From Lingula anatina (lineage: Eukaryota > Animalia > Brachiopoda): DNA of 64,000 nucleotides. Position 1 is the stretch's first letter; each line of letters starts with the position of its first letter. The position numbers and the translations under genes are program-made. Positions 52,205 through 64,000 of this stretch are shown here, piece after piece. The notes beneath the pieces were generated by a model. The model had not been told where the DNA came from, searched no databases, and saw nothing but the letters and a program-made list of their open reading frames with translations. The stretch is from NCBI GenBank assembly GCA_051362555.1, contig CM120648.1, positions 7,870,587-7,934,586 of the forward strand, read 5' to 3'.

Positions 52205-55200
52205 ATGGCTAACCCAAGTACCGAGTCTATGGAACAACTACAATCATCAGGTAAGAATTGGGTTTTTTTTGTTTTTTTTCGTTTCCTTTCTTTTTTTTTC
52301 AAATCTGTTATTCTTTAAGTCATTTTAAATTGTATGTTATTGGAATGCAATGAATTATACTCCGGAAATTATCCAAAAATTGTAAGAGATGAAACGATGT
52401 TCATAACGCACATTTTTACAAGGTATTTTTTACATGGAACTTAAAAATCTTCAGTTGTTACCAAAAGAACGATGCCTAATAAAAAAAAAAAAGATGAAAC
52501 AATTTGTACCTGAGTTTTAGGTGCGAACCCTTACGGACAGGGTAAACTGAAAAGTGAGAACTTTTTCAATTCACCAAAAAGTCATTTCAGTAATTGTTCG
52601 GTCCGTAGAGTTAAGGTTTCGTCCCAATCTTAAAGTTCAAGTTGTCTCGATGTTCCTGTAATTGTTATTGCGCTGTGTTATCTTGTGTTGTGTTTTATTG
52701 TATTGTATTGTATTGTATTGTATTGTATTACAAACTTTTCTTCGTAGTAATTTTCAAATACGAATTTTTAATAATTTTTTCAATTCCACTTTGTAATTAC
52801 AATTCAGATATCTCCCAAAGCGTAGAGGGAGAAAACATGCAAGAGGAAACCGACAATGGTAATAGAAAGTCCGACAAGAAAAAATGTAAATATATTTAGC
52901 GTTGTTCGTGCGTTAAGTTCTTCATGCATGCATGCTGTAAGCCGCCGGACTATAATTTGCGACTTAATTTTACATGCAAACCCATGATATTTAAAGATAA
53001 CTCAAAATTCACTTTTTTTTTCAATTTACCAAAGTCGTTTCCATACGTTTATGGTGCATGGAGTTATTATATTATATTATATTATATTATATTATATTAT
53101 ATTATATTATATTATATTATATTATATTATATCTCGCCGTTTAAATTTTGAATTTAGATTATCTAATTATTTATCAATTTTGCTTTTTATTTACACTACA
53201 GATATCTTCCACAGCGTAAGCGGAGAAAACATGCACGAGGAAACCGATAGTGGTAATGAAAAGTCCGACAAGGGAAAACGCAAATATATGATAGCATTAT
53301 TTGTGGTTCTAGTTCTCGTATGCATGGCGTCAGCCGCCGCAGCCGTCATCTTCGTTATGCTAGGCGACGTAAGGGGCAACGTGAACGACACCACCGCCTT
53401 ATTTGACTCGGCCAGAGCAAATATCAGTGCCTCTACTGAAATAACAACTGCCGTTACCACGGCTACGACTGTTAATGTTACTTCAGAAGAGGGTTCGACT
53501 GAAGGTAGGAAAACCTATTTGTTCTTTGTGTCAGGTTATTACAATGAGCGCTGTAAACGGTGTGGGTGGGCCAAATGATTCAACGGTCTGTCTGGGTTAT
53601 TTCGGGGAAAAAAGTTACTGGGTCTTTCACACGATGGGCCACTAGTGCAATAATCTCAAACGAAAAATTATTTGACGCGTACCATATTAACAAATTTTAT
53701 GAACCAATTATTCTGCTGTCTGTCTGGGTTATTTCGGAAAAAATCAGTGAGTAGGTCTTTCACCCAAAGGGCAATAATCTCAGATGGAAATTATTTGACG
53801 CGTACCCGTATTAGCATCTTTTGCTAATATATATGACCCAACGGTTCAGCCGACTGCCTTGAAAATTTCAGGAAACAATGTAAATCTTGCAATGATCTCG
53901 AAGGAAAAATTATTTGACGCATACCTGTACTAACACAGTTTCCAATATGTCCCAATTATTCAGCGGGCTGTCTGGTTACGATGGGCTTGGACAGGCAGCA
54001 ATTCTAGTATTCCAGGGTCCACATTTGGTTAATTTTTTATGTTGCACAAATCGCAGCCAAACCACTTAGGCCTACTTATATGAACGTTTTCAAGATAGCT
54101 CGACCCATATTCACTAGAAACACGCCACGGTACATGGTGGACACTCGTAAATGAAGTTCAACCTGAGATGCCTTTGTAGCTATCGAAGGTTTCGACATTT
54201 TTTAAATAAAAATTTCATTTCATTTTAGTTGAAGAGTCTTGTACGATGTATATAGTGTTTACGTATATATTCGACATTCCGTTTATCTGTAACACCAAAT
54301 ATTTTACTGTCTCAGCAGTTACGACTATAGCAACCACTGAACCTACTTCAATGAGCACCACTAGTGCTGAGCCAAGCACTGAACCTACTACAAAACATAC
54401 CACTGAACCTACCACGAAACCTATAACAACAGAAGGGACTACAACCTTGCAGTCGACTACACAAGGTATGAAAACAACATGGTCTTTGAAGACGTTCTTC
54501 GTGTACAGTGAAACACCAAAGTCCTGAAAAAACTGACAACGGATTCAAGCACAGTTTTTACCCCCACCCTCCAAAAATGGTAATGTTTGATCTGCGTGAA
54601 ATCTTAGTGACTAACTTAAGTAGTTAGTATCAATTAAATTAGTTACCAACTTATTTAGTTAAAACTGGATAACTAAGTCACACGCTTGCTTACTTCCTTA
54701 TTATATATATACTAGTATATAACCAGTAAGTCACTTATCTACTGACATTTATTTCATCCTTCTTGTACCCTTAAGGGTGTCGAGGGGAGAAAAAGTTGGA
54801 GTTTTCTGTCTCTGGCGAGCTGGAATACTTGGTTGATATGAGTGGGATGTTGTTCGATTGCAAGGTCTCTCGTACTCCATCTACCCACTTCTTCCTCGGT
54901 CTTCCTCTTGCCTTGAAACCGGAGTGTTTCTTTATGTATGCTTTCCAGGAAGATAATGGTATAAATGATAGTTAGTCAGTAGATGAATTGTCTACTTGAA
55001 TTGAATTGTCATAACTATCATTTATACCATTATCTTCCTGGTATATTACCGATTTATTCCCGAGACCATTATTGGTTTACTAATTTTTGAATTAAGAAAA
55101 AAGGTTGAATAAATTCCTTTTGATGAAAAAAGAATGGAATCATGCTTGTGAAGGTGTAATTCAGTTTAGGTTACCAAAAACAATTAAATAGGCTATTCAA

Positions 55201-55495
55201 CCATTTTAAATCAATTCATGATGGAGCTCAGAAGCATTAATGGTATTTGTCATTTGTGTTTTTCCATGAAGAATCGTGTCCTGAAATGATCGTGTTTCGC
55301 CATTCGTACTTCGCTCGTGGAATCGACCTGGTAAATGTGTTAGTTGCCAGTGAAGAGGCCTGCCATCAGCTGTGCATTGGTACCCCATTGTGCGGAATAG
55401 GGACGTTTCATATTAGAACACGAGGCTGCTACCTCTCGGAGCACGTAAGGATGACAGGTGATGCGTAACAAGGACAAACAGATGTAAAATAGATA

Positions 55496-55535
<40 letters not shown>

Positions 55536-56400
55536 CAAGAACCATGAACAGTTTGAATGCTCTTTTTTTCGTGCCCTCGTCTTTCCTGCTTTATTTCATT
55601 CCGATCCTAGACTCCATTTATCCTTTTAATGGGTGTCAGAACATACTAACACAACGGATAGAATTGCGCGAAAAATATGAATTTGCAAAGTTTTAATTTA
55701 CAGCAGTAAACTCTAGACCCCCCTCCCCCATTATAATTACAAGATTGTATAAGAAAATGCTTGTTCAATGTCTGATAATATTCAATTGAGTTTTTTTAGT
55801 TATTAAATTTAGAGAATCTTTATAACTATTCCAGGTCGTGAATTTGGCTGGTCGGCGTTCATAAAGTCAGACCGATGCAAGTGTGAAATGGTGGAGTACA
55901 GAGACTTTTCTTTCACCTTTGATGAAGGAAATCTTTTGGGTCTGTTGAGATTCTTAAAGGCATACAATGCGAGTTGACCTTTATATAATTAAACATTAAT
56001 TTCCCTGTAAATTTCAGCTGGTTTCTGTTTATCACCACGGTTATTTAAAACCACGATCTACTATATAAAAACACATTTTGAGCTCTAATGACTAAATTAC
56101 GTTACTCGTGAAATCCACCATGATCAGAATGGCTGAAAAAGTAGAAACTTTGAACCTAAAAAAACTTCTTTATAAATTGTAATATTATTATCACCTTTAG
56201 ATATACCTTGGTAATTAAAATAAAAGCGTCAAGATTTCTAGGAATTTTTTTAAATTTGTTTGACATTTGTTAAAAGTAAGGGCTTCTCATACAGAATGCA
56301 GAATTAAATCAACTTATAAACTCAACTCAATCGTTCACCAGAAACCAGAATTGATGAACTTTTATTTTAAGGTCTTGCTGTATAAGCGTGATGGATAAAA

Positions 56401-56467
<67 letters not shown>

Positions 56468-57655
56468 GGCCTACAGAATCATACTGATAGAGGCGCCGAG
56501 ATCACACTCTCTGTGTCGAACACTTTTTTTTAGGTATGACCAAGAGAATTATCAATGACACAGCGTCAGAGGAGTGTTCCAAATCTTGTATAGCGGATAA
56601 CACATGCGTCGCAGCACAGTTTGATGCCGTATACAAGGTAGGTTATATTTTGACCATCCACGGATAACTATACGTACCTTTACGAAAGAGCGCATTAAGA
56701 ACAGATGATCCGCGGACTAACAGATCCGTGGACTAAATATGGCCGACCCCACTTTAAAGCAAGCCGCCTAATCCCATGATGGTCTCCCCGCCTCCACTCG
56801 AGCCATTAAACGGATTAAATGTCGGCTCTGAAGTTTAATCGCTAGGGCTTGCAGGAACGGCGCGTGTGGAGGCGGGGAGGGCATCAGGACATGAGGCGGC
56901 TTGCTTTTAAGTGGGGACGGCCATATTTATTCCTCGGATCTGTTAGTCCACGGATCAACTTGTTCTGAATGCGCTCAATGACTCGGAATCGTCCGATGCA
57001 TTCCGAATGGGTGCGATAAATGCCGACCTCTGAGGAGGTCACTCGCTTGGCAAAAGAGACACGTGGTAATATTATTTTTAACACAAGTGTATACACATAA
57101 TTTTTTCCTCATCTGTCATAGAGATAATACGAGTTTCTGAAATATTATTTGCTTAAAAATGTAGTTTGGATTAAACATATAGCTCTGTGTCCAAATTTTA
57201 TCAAATAAAATGTAATAGATACTTGTGTGCATTCTATATTAAGGTTTTTATTTGAATATAGTCGTTTTCGTGCAAAACTAACTATATTTTTTACTTTCGT
57301 TGCATTTTAAAACGCACAGTTCTTGAGATTTATATGAATATTTAAAATAAGTTTTAAAAATTTCCATTAAATATACAGCTTGTCAACATACTTGATATAC
57401 ACGTAACAATACAAGTATTTTAACATGGGATTGGCTATATTTATATTTGGTACGCTAATTGTATTCTAGTTTTGCGAGATGTTCGACCAGATGCCCGTGA
57501 TCCATTTGGCTCAGAGGGAAACGCACACATTTATCAAAAGTATCGGTTGTTTTCCTATGCAAACCGCAATGCCAACCACCATAACGGCAATGTTTACGGG
57601 GATGGCAGACATGGTGACGGAAAGCACTGAAACAGCAACCAACGGGACGAGTTGA
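52205..57655 (+). CDS. Type II membrane protein with a Thr-rich mucin stalk and two PAN/Apple-like domains (about 359 aa)
   Basis: Phase-consistent exons 52205-52250, 53202-53504, 54316-54465, 55272-55457, 55835-55939, 56534-56637 and 57470-57655 (1080 nt). KRK followed by the hydrophobic anchor YMIALFVVLVLVCMASAAAAVIFVML; TTEPT repeats; PAN-type patterns EEACHQLCIGTPLCGIGTF...CYL and EECSKSCIADNTCVAAQF...FCEM. The start exon and two donor sites are less certain. Confidence 0.75.
53066..53131. repeat. (TATAT)n pentanucleotide microsatellite; paralogous (TATTG)n tract at about 52697-52728
   Basis: Read directly. Confidence 0.93.
53585..53965. repeat. Degenerate tandem repeat, about 120-130 bp unit, 3 copies
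   Basis: GCAAT.ATCTC...AAATTATTTGACGC.TACC recurs at about 53647, 53771 and 53889; a related diverged piece lies at about 51660-51750. Confidence 0.75.
54750..54950 (-). mobile_element. 5'-truncated RTE-clade LINE 3' fragment
   Basis: The minus strand translates to WKAYIKKHSGFKARGRPRKKWVDGVRETLQS, followed after a frameshift by LARDR. This is the GRPxxxWxD...AxDR C-terminal pattern of RTE-type ORFs. Confidence 0.65.
54945..55041. repeat. Perfect 30-bp inverted repeat abutting the LINE fragment
   Basis: CCAGGAAGATAATGGTATAAATGATAGTTA / TAACTATCATTTATACCATTATCTTCCTGG. Confidence 0.88.
56688..56976. mobile_element. Long-armed palindromic MITE (family A related)
   Basis: GAGCGCATTAAGAACA...TGTTCTGAATGCGCTC with about 100-bp imperfect inverted arms. 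Confidence 0.82.
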
Positions 57656-57885
57656 GTAAATTACGACGTAACGTTATAACAGCACAGAAGGCATATGTTG
57701 AAAACTGAGAGTGGAAAAATTTTTTTTTTTTTTTTGTATGAACTATCTAAGTAGATCGTCTATATGATTATAATGATAATAAATAGTGACTAGTTAAGTG
57801 GTTAGTATGGCCTGGGCTGGTTTTCAAAGAAGAATTGAAGTCGAAAGTTGATCTTAGCGTTGAGATCAAGAATGTTATTTGGAAA

Positions 57886-57944
<59 letters not shown>

Positions 57945-59827
57945 TAAGTAATCAAAATGTTTTCAAATAAACAAAAGATATACAGAATTTCTAGTTTTCG
58001 GCTCGATCAATTGCAAGTTAAATTATGAGCAGAATGTTATCTGCAACATCTTTTTAGAACTGCTGACCTGTTCATAGCAACTACTTGAAGAAAGAGCTAA
58101 GATTTGTTCATCGTTTTTATTCAATCATCAAATCTAACCGATGTCTTAACTTTGGAATTACGACGCCTTTCCTACGTTCAGCAGCAGTGGCAATTGTAAT
58201 CTAGGTCAATGTAAAATCACAGAACTGACTTGTAAAACAACATGAAATCGGAGTGCGTGGCTGATTTTGCAGCAGAAATGCCTCTTCCCCAACTTCCCAA
58301 GTAACCGACCAGCGCAAGTAACAACATACTTTTCCTCACCCTGGCCAATATTTTTTTGATGTTTATATCTAATCATACAAATGCATATCCACCTGCTGCT
58401 AAAGAGATCCTCTTCCCTTCACCCAAACCGCCTTTTGTAGGTGACAACATGTTATTTCATTTTGAAAGCAATTATCTTTAATAGCGTAACCTCAAATGTC
58501 CAAACAACAGTTTCAACTCAATACAATCCCCGTCTTTTGTTAAAAGGTATCGATTTCACTGTAAAAAAGAAGCCATTTCTCTAATTTGCCATCGGTTCCT
58601 GTAATCTGAAACTATCCTCTGCAAAGTGCACGCAAAGCTAAATGTTTGTAATCTCAAACAAAACTGTTTTGTCACATTTCAGATGTTTTTCTTTCTTCGT
58701 TTCATATTCCACTTTCAAAAGTATAGAAATGGTAGATTCGTCATTGTTCGTTAAATATAGCACAGTGTGCTGTTTTTACTGTAGAGAGAAAAAATATAAA
58801 TTTAGAAAAATCTAGCAGAAAACTTAGCCAAGGGGGAACTCTTGAGTAGTTTGTGTCGTCAAAATAGAAAAACTGAGCTATTTGTCAATTGATAATGAAA
58901 TAATAAAATAAAGAAGGGGGATGGGACCAGTGAATATTTAATGGAATAAGAACACCAAGAACTTGCACAAAATAACATAAACACCACTTCTCCGTGAATT
59001 TTGAAATGAAAAATAAAACAATAAAAGACAACCCAACACGCTGATCTCTGTTATATTCGGTATTTACTAAGAATAACATAAATACTTCTTTGAAGTATGT
59101 TAAAACATATACCATCATAACACATTTTTAATATTAAACTAAACGTACTAATTCTAAAATGGCAGTGAAGTCGGACACAACCCATGATCCTCCTTATATA
59201 TAACGTTTCTCACGTGAATTGTACCACCTGATTTCAACAATAATAAAAGAACTTAATATGACTACATTTCAACTATGAGATGGGATGTCCCAATGTACAT
59301 CGAAGGCAGTTTCACAAATATCCATAACTGAGGCAATTATCAGGAATAAGCTATCACTTAACAACAACACGGTGATTAAAGACCCTCATATTTTCTTTAG
59401 AATCAATATTTAAACACAAACATCGATATATTTGGGATTTCAAGAAGTGCACTTTTCCCAATATTCATTTGTTATAAAACAATTACACAGTCACTTATCA
59501 TTATCAAGGCTTATATAAACTAGCAAACAGATCCACCTTTAAGTCTATTGCTGAGAGGCTCACAGCGAGTTCTGCTGTGCAGGTTAAACAATTACCATTA
59601 TGACTGATGACCCTTCATGAGTAATCTTTTAAATGTTTCCTATTTATTTTGTGAGGGAACAAAACATTACTCAGATTAAATCAACAAGTGACACATAAAT
59701 ATATTTTAATGAACTCAACTTGAGATGGGGCATTTTTTAAACTCTTACTGGGCTATTAATGCCAAAGTTTTGTAAAGAAAAAATCGCAGAGTGCTATTGG
59801 TTATCATGCACAATTCTCAACATGTAA

Positions 59828-60038
59828 AGCCCCCTTTACACTGGACGGCGTCCTTTCTGCGTCCAGCAGTACGGCCCCATTTGAGAGTTAAAAAATTATA
59901 ATATTTTACGTGCCGACAAATGGCCGACCATTGAGCATTCATTCTGATACCAAATCAACGCTCGTGCCTCCTTATTAAGACCACAGCGTTGCCAATTTCA
60001 TGGTCACAGAAAGGGCGCCATCCAGTGTAAAGGGGGTA
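59828..60038. mobile_element. Harbinger-like MITE downstream of the PHC stop codon (possibly in its 3' UTR)
   Basis: CCCCCTTTACACTGGA.GGCG.CCTTTCTG / CAGAAAGGGCGCCATCCAGTGTAAAGGGGG with TAA flanks. Confidence 0.78.
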
Positions 60039-60945
60039 TAAGCAAATTAATGCTTCAACTATAAGAAACATTTTCCTAAAAACAGTGTATTAATTGACCA
60101 CAGCCTGTGGAGAAAAAAATTAACTTTCCAAACCACTACTGCCTAGGTCCAGTGTTCCACTAAAACCTAAAACAAACCTTGACTTTGTAAATAACTTTTT
60201 CTTGAAAAAGGGATTGTGATGAACATATGTTAGCATTAATGCATATAACCACCTATATTTTTATGAGGTATGAATTGAATTTTTTTTTTTTTTTTGAATG
60301 TCAAAAATCTTTATAACAGTCACTGCATCCATGCCCACCTTCTAAGTAAAACACTTCTAGTAAACTCCTAGTCAACAAGGTTTGCTCAATATGCCAATTT
60401 TAGAGTTTTTGGTGATATCTAATTCAAGCACCTTGAAAAGAAAAGCATACATTATTTAATTCACAATATCCATGATAATGATTTTTACATTACTGGCAAG
60501 AACAAGCTCTTAAATGTCTTACTTGATCAACTTCATGACTTCAGGAGTCTGGAACTATTTTTCATTTTGATTAACTGCATGGAGGTAAAAGACAATGGAC
60601 TTGTCCATTCCCATTTTGGAATTGTCCCTTTTTGCTCAAACAACTTACTCCATCAAAGATTGAGTCAAAGAAAAATGTTGTATCCTCAAACAATGCTGGC
60701 AAAAAAAAAATATCTTCCTATATAAAAGAACTGATAATGATGCCATGGTACAGTACGACAAACAATCTACACAATCAGTGGCCCTGAAAAGGACAAAACA
60801 TTGAATGCACATTCAAAAACCATACAACATAGTTTCCATACGTAAAAATATTATTTATCATGTTTATAATAAATAAATGTAAAACCACTGACTTATAAGC
60901 TGCCTGCTTAAAGGCCAGGCCACAAGGCAGAATATAATTTAAATA

Positions 60946-60976
<31 letters not shown>

Positions 60977-61456
60977 ATGTGTGCATTCCATTAGTCTTAA
61001 AAAGATGAGAAACACCTTTCCTTGGGACTACCTAATAAAACCCACATATTTCCAAGTTTAAAAAAATTAAGTATCGGAAGCACAAGCCCATCTATTTTAT
61101 TCATTTTAGTCTGATTTAAAAAAAAAATTAAGTTCCTTTTTTTCTAGTACACCCTTGTGATGCCACCTTGCTTTGATCCTTCATTTTAATCTATATCCTC
61201 CATCACTATCCACCCACCCAGGCCTCTTTTTATATCCTTTCATTCCCTATTTTTCACTTTGGTGTGTGTGTGCATGCACGCACCCATGCATGTGCAGGAA
61301 GAATGTTAACTTTCCAGCTGTCCATCCTTAGTCACCAACCCTGGCACCTATTCCCTAATCATATCTAATTTAAACAGACTCAATTCCAATGTAATTTCAA
61401 GTGCCCTCCATCCTTCCTTAGACAGATCACTTTTTCTAGCACTGAACTACAATGGC

Positions 61457-63991
61457 CTAACTGTCTTCAGCCTTAAGCTGGTTGATCCTTGCACAAATTT
61501 TCAGTGCTGGGCCAAGTTTCACATTCATTGCTGACATCAAGTGGTCTTCTTTCAGCAACAGCAATGCCTGTCCGTCAATTTCTTCAGACCTGAACTGGTC
61601 TGCGTACTCCGCACAGTCATGCATGCTGCAGATAAAGTCATACACTTCTTGGACCTGGAAGTTGAGACAGTAAAAATTAGTAATAAGGAAGAAAAGCAAC
61701 AACAATTACTTTAACAGTTAGTTTATGTACGATCTGGACTAGCCTGTACATTGCATGTTTCAGACAAATTGAACACTTCTTAGACCTGGAGGTTGAGACT
61801 GTTAAAGCTACTTACAAGGTTGAAGGGCAAAGAGGGTACAGGCCTACTGTTATTCTTTTACATATATATATATATATATTATCTAGTTTGGCCTGTAATT
61901 TGCATTGCATCCTGTTAACTTACCAACCACTCTGAGGGGGTGGGGGGTGGGGGGTTCCGAGTACATGCATGTTTAATGTTCATAATGATGACCCAATAGT
62001 CCGCCACAAATGACAAAAATCCTGTTAAATTACCAATCACTATGAAGCTGGGGTAGAGCTAACACTCGCCAATTTAGCCGAATGCTAAAACTGACTTAAA
62101 TTGGCTAAAGAAAAAGGGCTTGATTTGACATGTTTTAGCCAAATTATAACCAGTTTGATAACAAATTGACAAAAATGTGGTGATATGGCTAAGCGAAAAA
62201 AATTGCTAGCGCTACCCCAGTGAAGGGTGATTTTATGAGTACTTGCATGATCATACTGCTGGGCCAAAAGTTTGCCATGTGTGACTGACACAAGAATGCC
62301 CAGGACTTGGGGCGAAAACTTACCGACCACTTGGAAGGATGTGTTCTAGGCTCACTGGGTTCCATGGTGAAGTCTCGTGGTGTAGAAGGAGGGGTGGTTG
62401 ATGAGCTCTCATCTTGAACACTCTGGGAACTGCTCTGATCTTCACCACTCTCAGTGACATTGCCAGCTTGTGCCTGGAATGATTTAAAACAATACATCAA
62501 AAGGACTTGGAGGCTTGCATTTGATCCATGCACACAAAAGCCATGTATAGCCAAAACACAAGTTTAATTTTTATTACAGAAAATGACAAACTTTGCATTT
62601 GACTTTTTTTTCAGCTTATTCGGGTGAAAACGTGCTAGTTATTGAAATGCAACATGTTTGAATAAAAATAATGATAAAATCAATTAAATAAAAATACACC
62701 AAAATATGAAAATGAAATTTTTTAAGTAAATCTCCTAAGTACACTAATAATATACCCACCGTTTCTCTCACTCTAGGCAGAGAGGAGTACATCATTCTTT
62801 CACCCTTTGTGCGCTGCCAACCCTTCTTTAATCTCATCAGTTTCTTTTTCTTCTGAAGCTGCTTGGTTGGATCTGGAATGAACCAATCATTTCAATTCTT
62901 AGTACCATGATATATCACAATCACTATTATAAACTTTTTGGAACAAAAAATTGAAGACACTAAAAAGAAAATACTTTTCAATATGTTACAAGCCTTAATA
63001 GTCAAGAAAATTTCTTTTCTTCCTCCACCGAAGCATCAAACACTTTAAGAGAGGATAATCAATTGATGGGGTCACTTAACTACAAAAGCAACTCTTTGTA
63101 GTTCACACTTTGTGGTATATTTGCATCATTCTGTCTTGTCCCATCATTATTATTATTATTTTTTTTTTTTTGGTGGAATGAGCCCCAGAAGACTTAAATA
63201 CTACTTACTCTGATGTGGTAGTCCGTCCCCTTTCTTAAAGAGTCCAAGTCTCCTTGTACAACCAACATTGTACCGCTTGGCACAGGCCATGGAGCAGAAC
63301 CGTTTGGAACGACGGAATTTATTGGCTGGAGCAACCTTCCCACAGAACTCGCACTTCAACATGGGCTGATTTGCTTGGTCATCAAATTCTGAAAGAATGA
63401 CACAAAGAATGTAATCTGCTGAGAATTATAATAATAATAATTATTATTATTAGCATTAATTTCTTTAAAATAAAAACAAATGAACTACACAATAAAATTA
63501 TCATTTCAGACTATCGAAACAATTCAAACAGTAAGAGAAGTGTTAAGAGTAACAGAAGTAATTCCATTGAGTTGAAGTAACTGTTGCAGATCAAAATTAA
63601 TCAGATACATTTGACGGAGGAACTGAAATTATCTAAAATTATGGAAAGTTCCAAGATCAACCCATATTTTTTTTAACTTAAATGATATAGCATCTGAAAG
63701 GTGAATGAGAGCCAATGGCCAAGCTCATACTAGCACATTCCAATAACTCTGGTGTGACTTGGGTATTAGGTAAACAAAACTGAATGTGGTGCGATTTTTG
63801 AAAATTCTTCTTTCTGCCTGGTTCTATTGTCTCCTCCTGAATCCAAATAAGTGTGACGAGGGTTTAAGCAGAACAGGCTGCCCATGTTACCCAAACTGAC
63901 CTTTCCTGTCCTTAGACTCATCCTCTGCCTGTCCACCCACTGCTGGTCTCTCAGAGTTTTGGACACTGGTCAAAAGTGATGACCGTTGCAC
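61457..63991 (-). CDS. PHC: Polyhomeotic-like PRC1 subunit, 3' exons only (FCS zinc finger and SAM domain)
   Basis: Exons 63991-63901, 63388-63209, 62872-62760, 62473-62324 and 61654-61457, in phase. VQRSSLL (segment following HD1), FCS finger LKCEFCGK...FRRSKRFCSMACAKRYNVGC, SAM domain WSVQEVYDFI...FRSEEIDGQALLLLKEDHLMSAMNVKLGPALKICARIN. Confidence 0.93.
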
Positions 63992-64000
63992 CTGAAAGGT

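Overview
AT-rich, intron-rich animal genomic DNA. The gene and repeat content suggests a marine invertebrate, probably a mollusc or other lophotrochozoan (inference). I reconstructed nine protein-coding genes by hand from splice sites and reading phase: an ABCG half-transporter (minus, runs off the left edge); a 3-exon gene encoding HEPN(DZIP3-like)-coiled coil-TPR-transmembrane behind an NF-kB/TATA promoter; an FMRFamide-receptor-like GPCR with an uninterrupted 7TM ORF; ABCF3 head-to-head with PDE6D, whose first intron is U12-type; NDUFB5 head-to-head with SPAG7; a type II membrane mucin-stalk/2xPAN protein; and the 3' part of a Polyhomeotic (PHC) gene. Introns and intergenic DNA hold many short non-autonomous TIR elements (Harbinger-like, CACTA-like, hAT-like), an RTE LINE fragment, Helentron-like tandem repeats and microsatellites. 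The best candidates for novelty are the membrane-anchored HEPN-TPR putative immune RNase and a Penelope-type minimal hammerhead ribozyme inside a 190-bp palindrome in the PDE6D U12 intron. Also notable are an AT-for-GT splice donor in the ABCG gene and several local duplications that copy splice sites. All family assignments come from motif recognition; no database searches were run.
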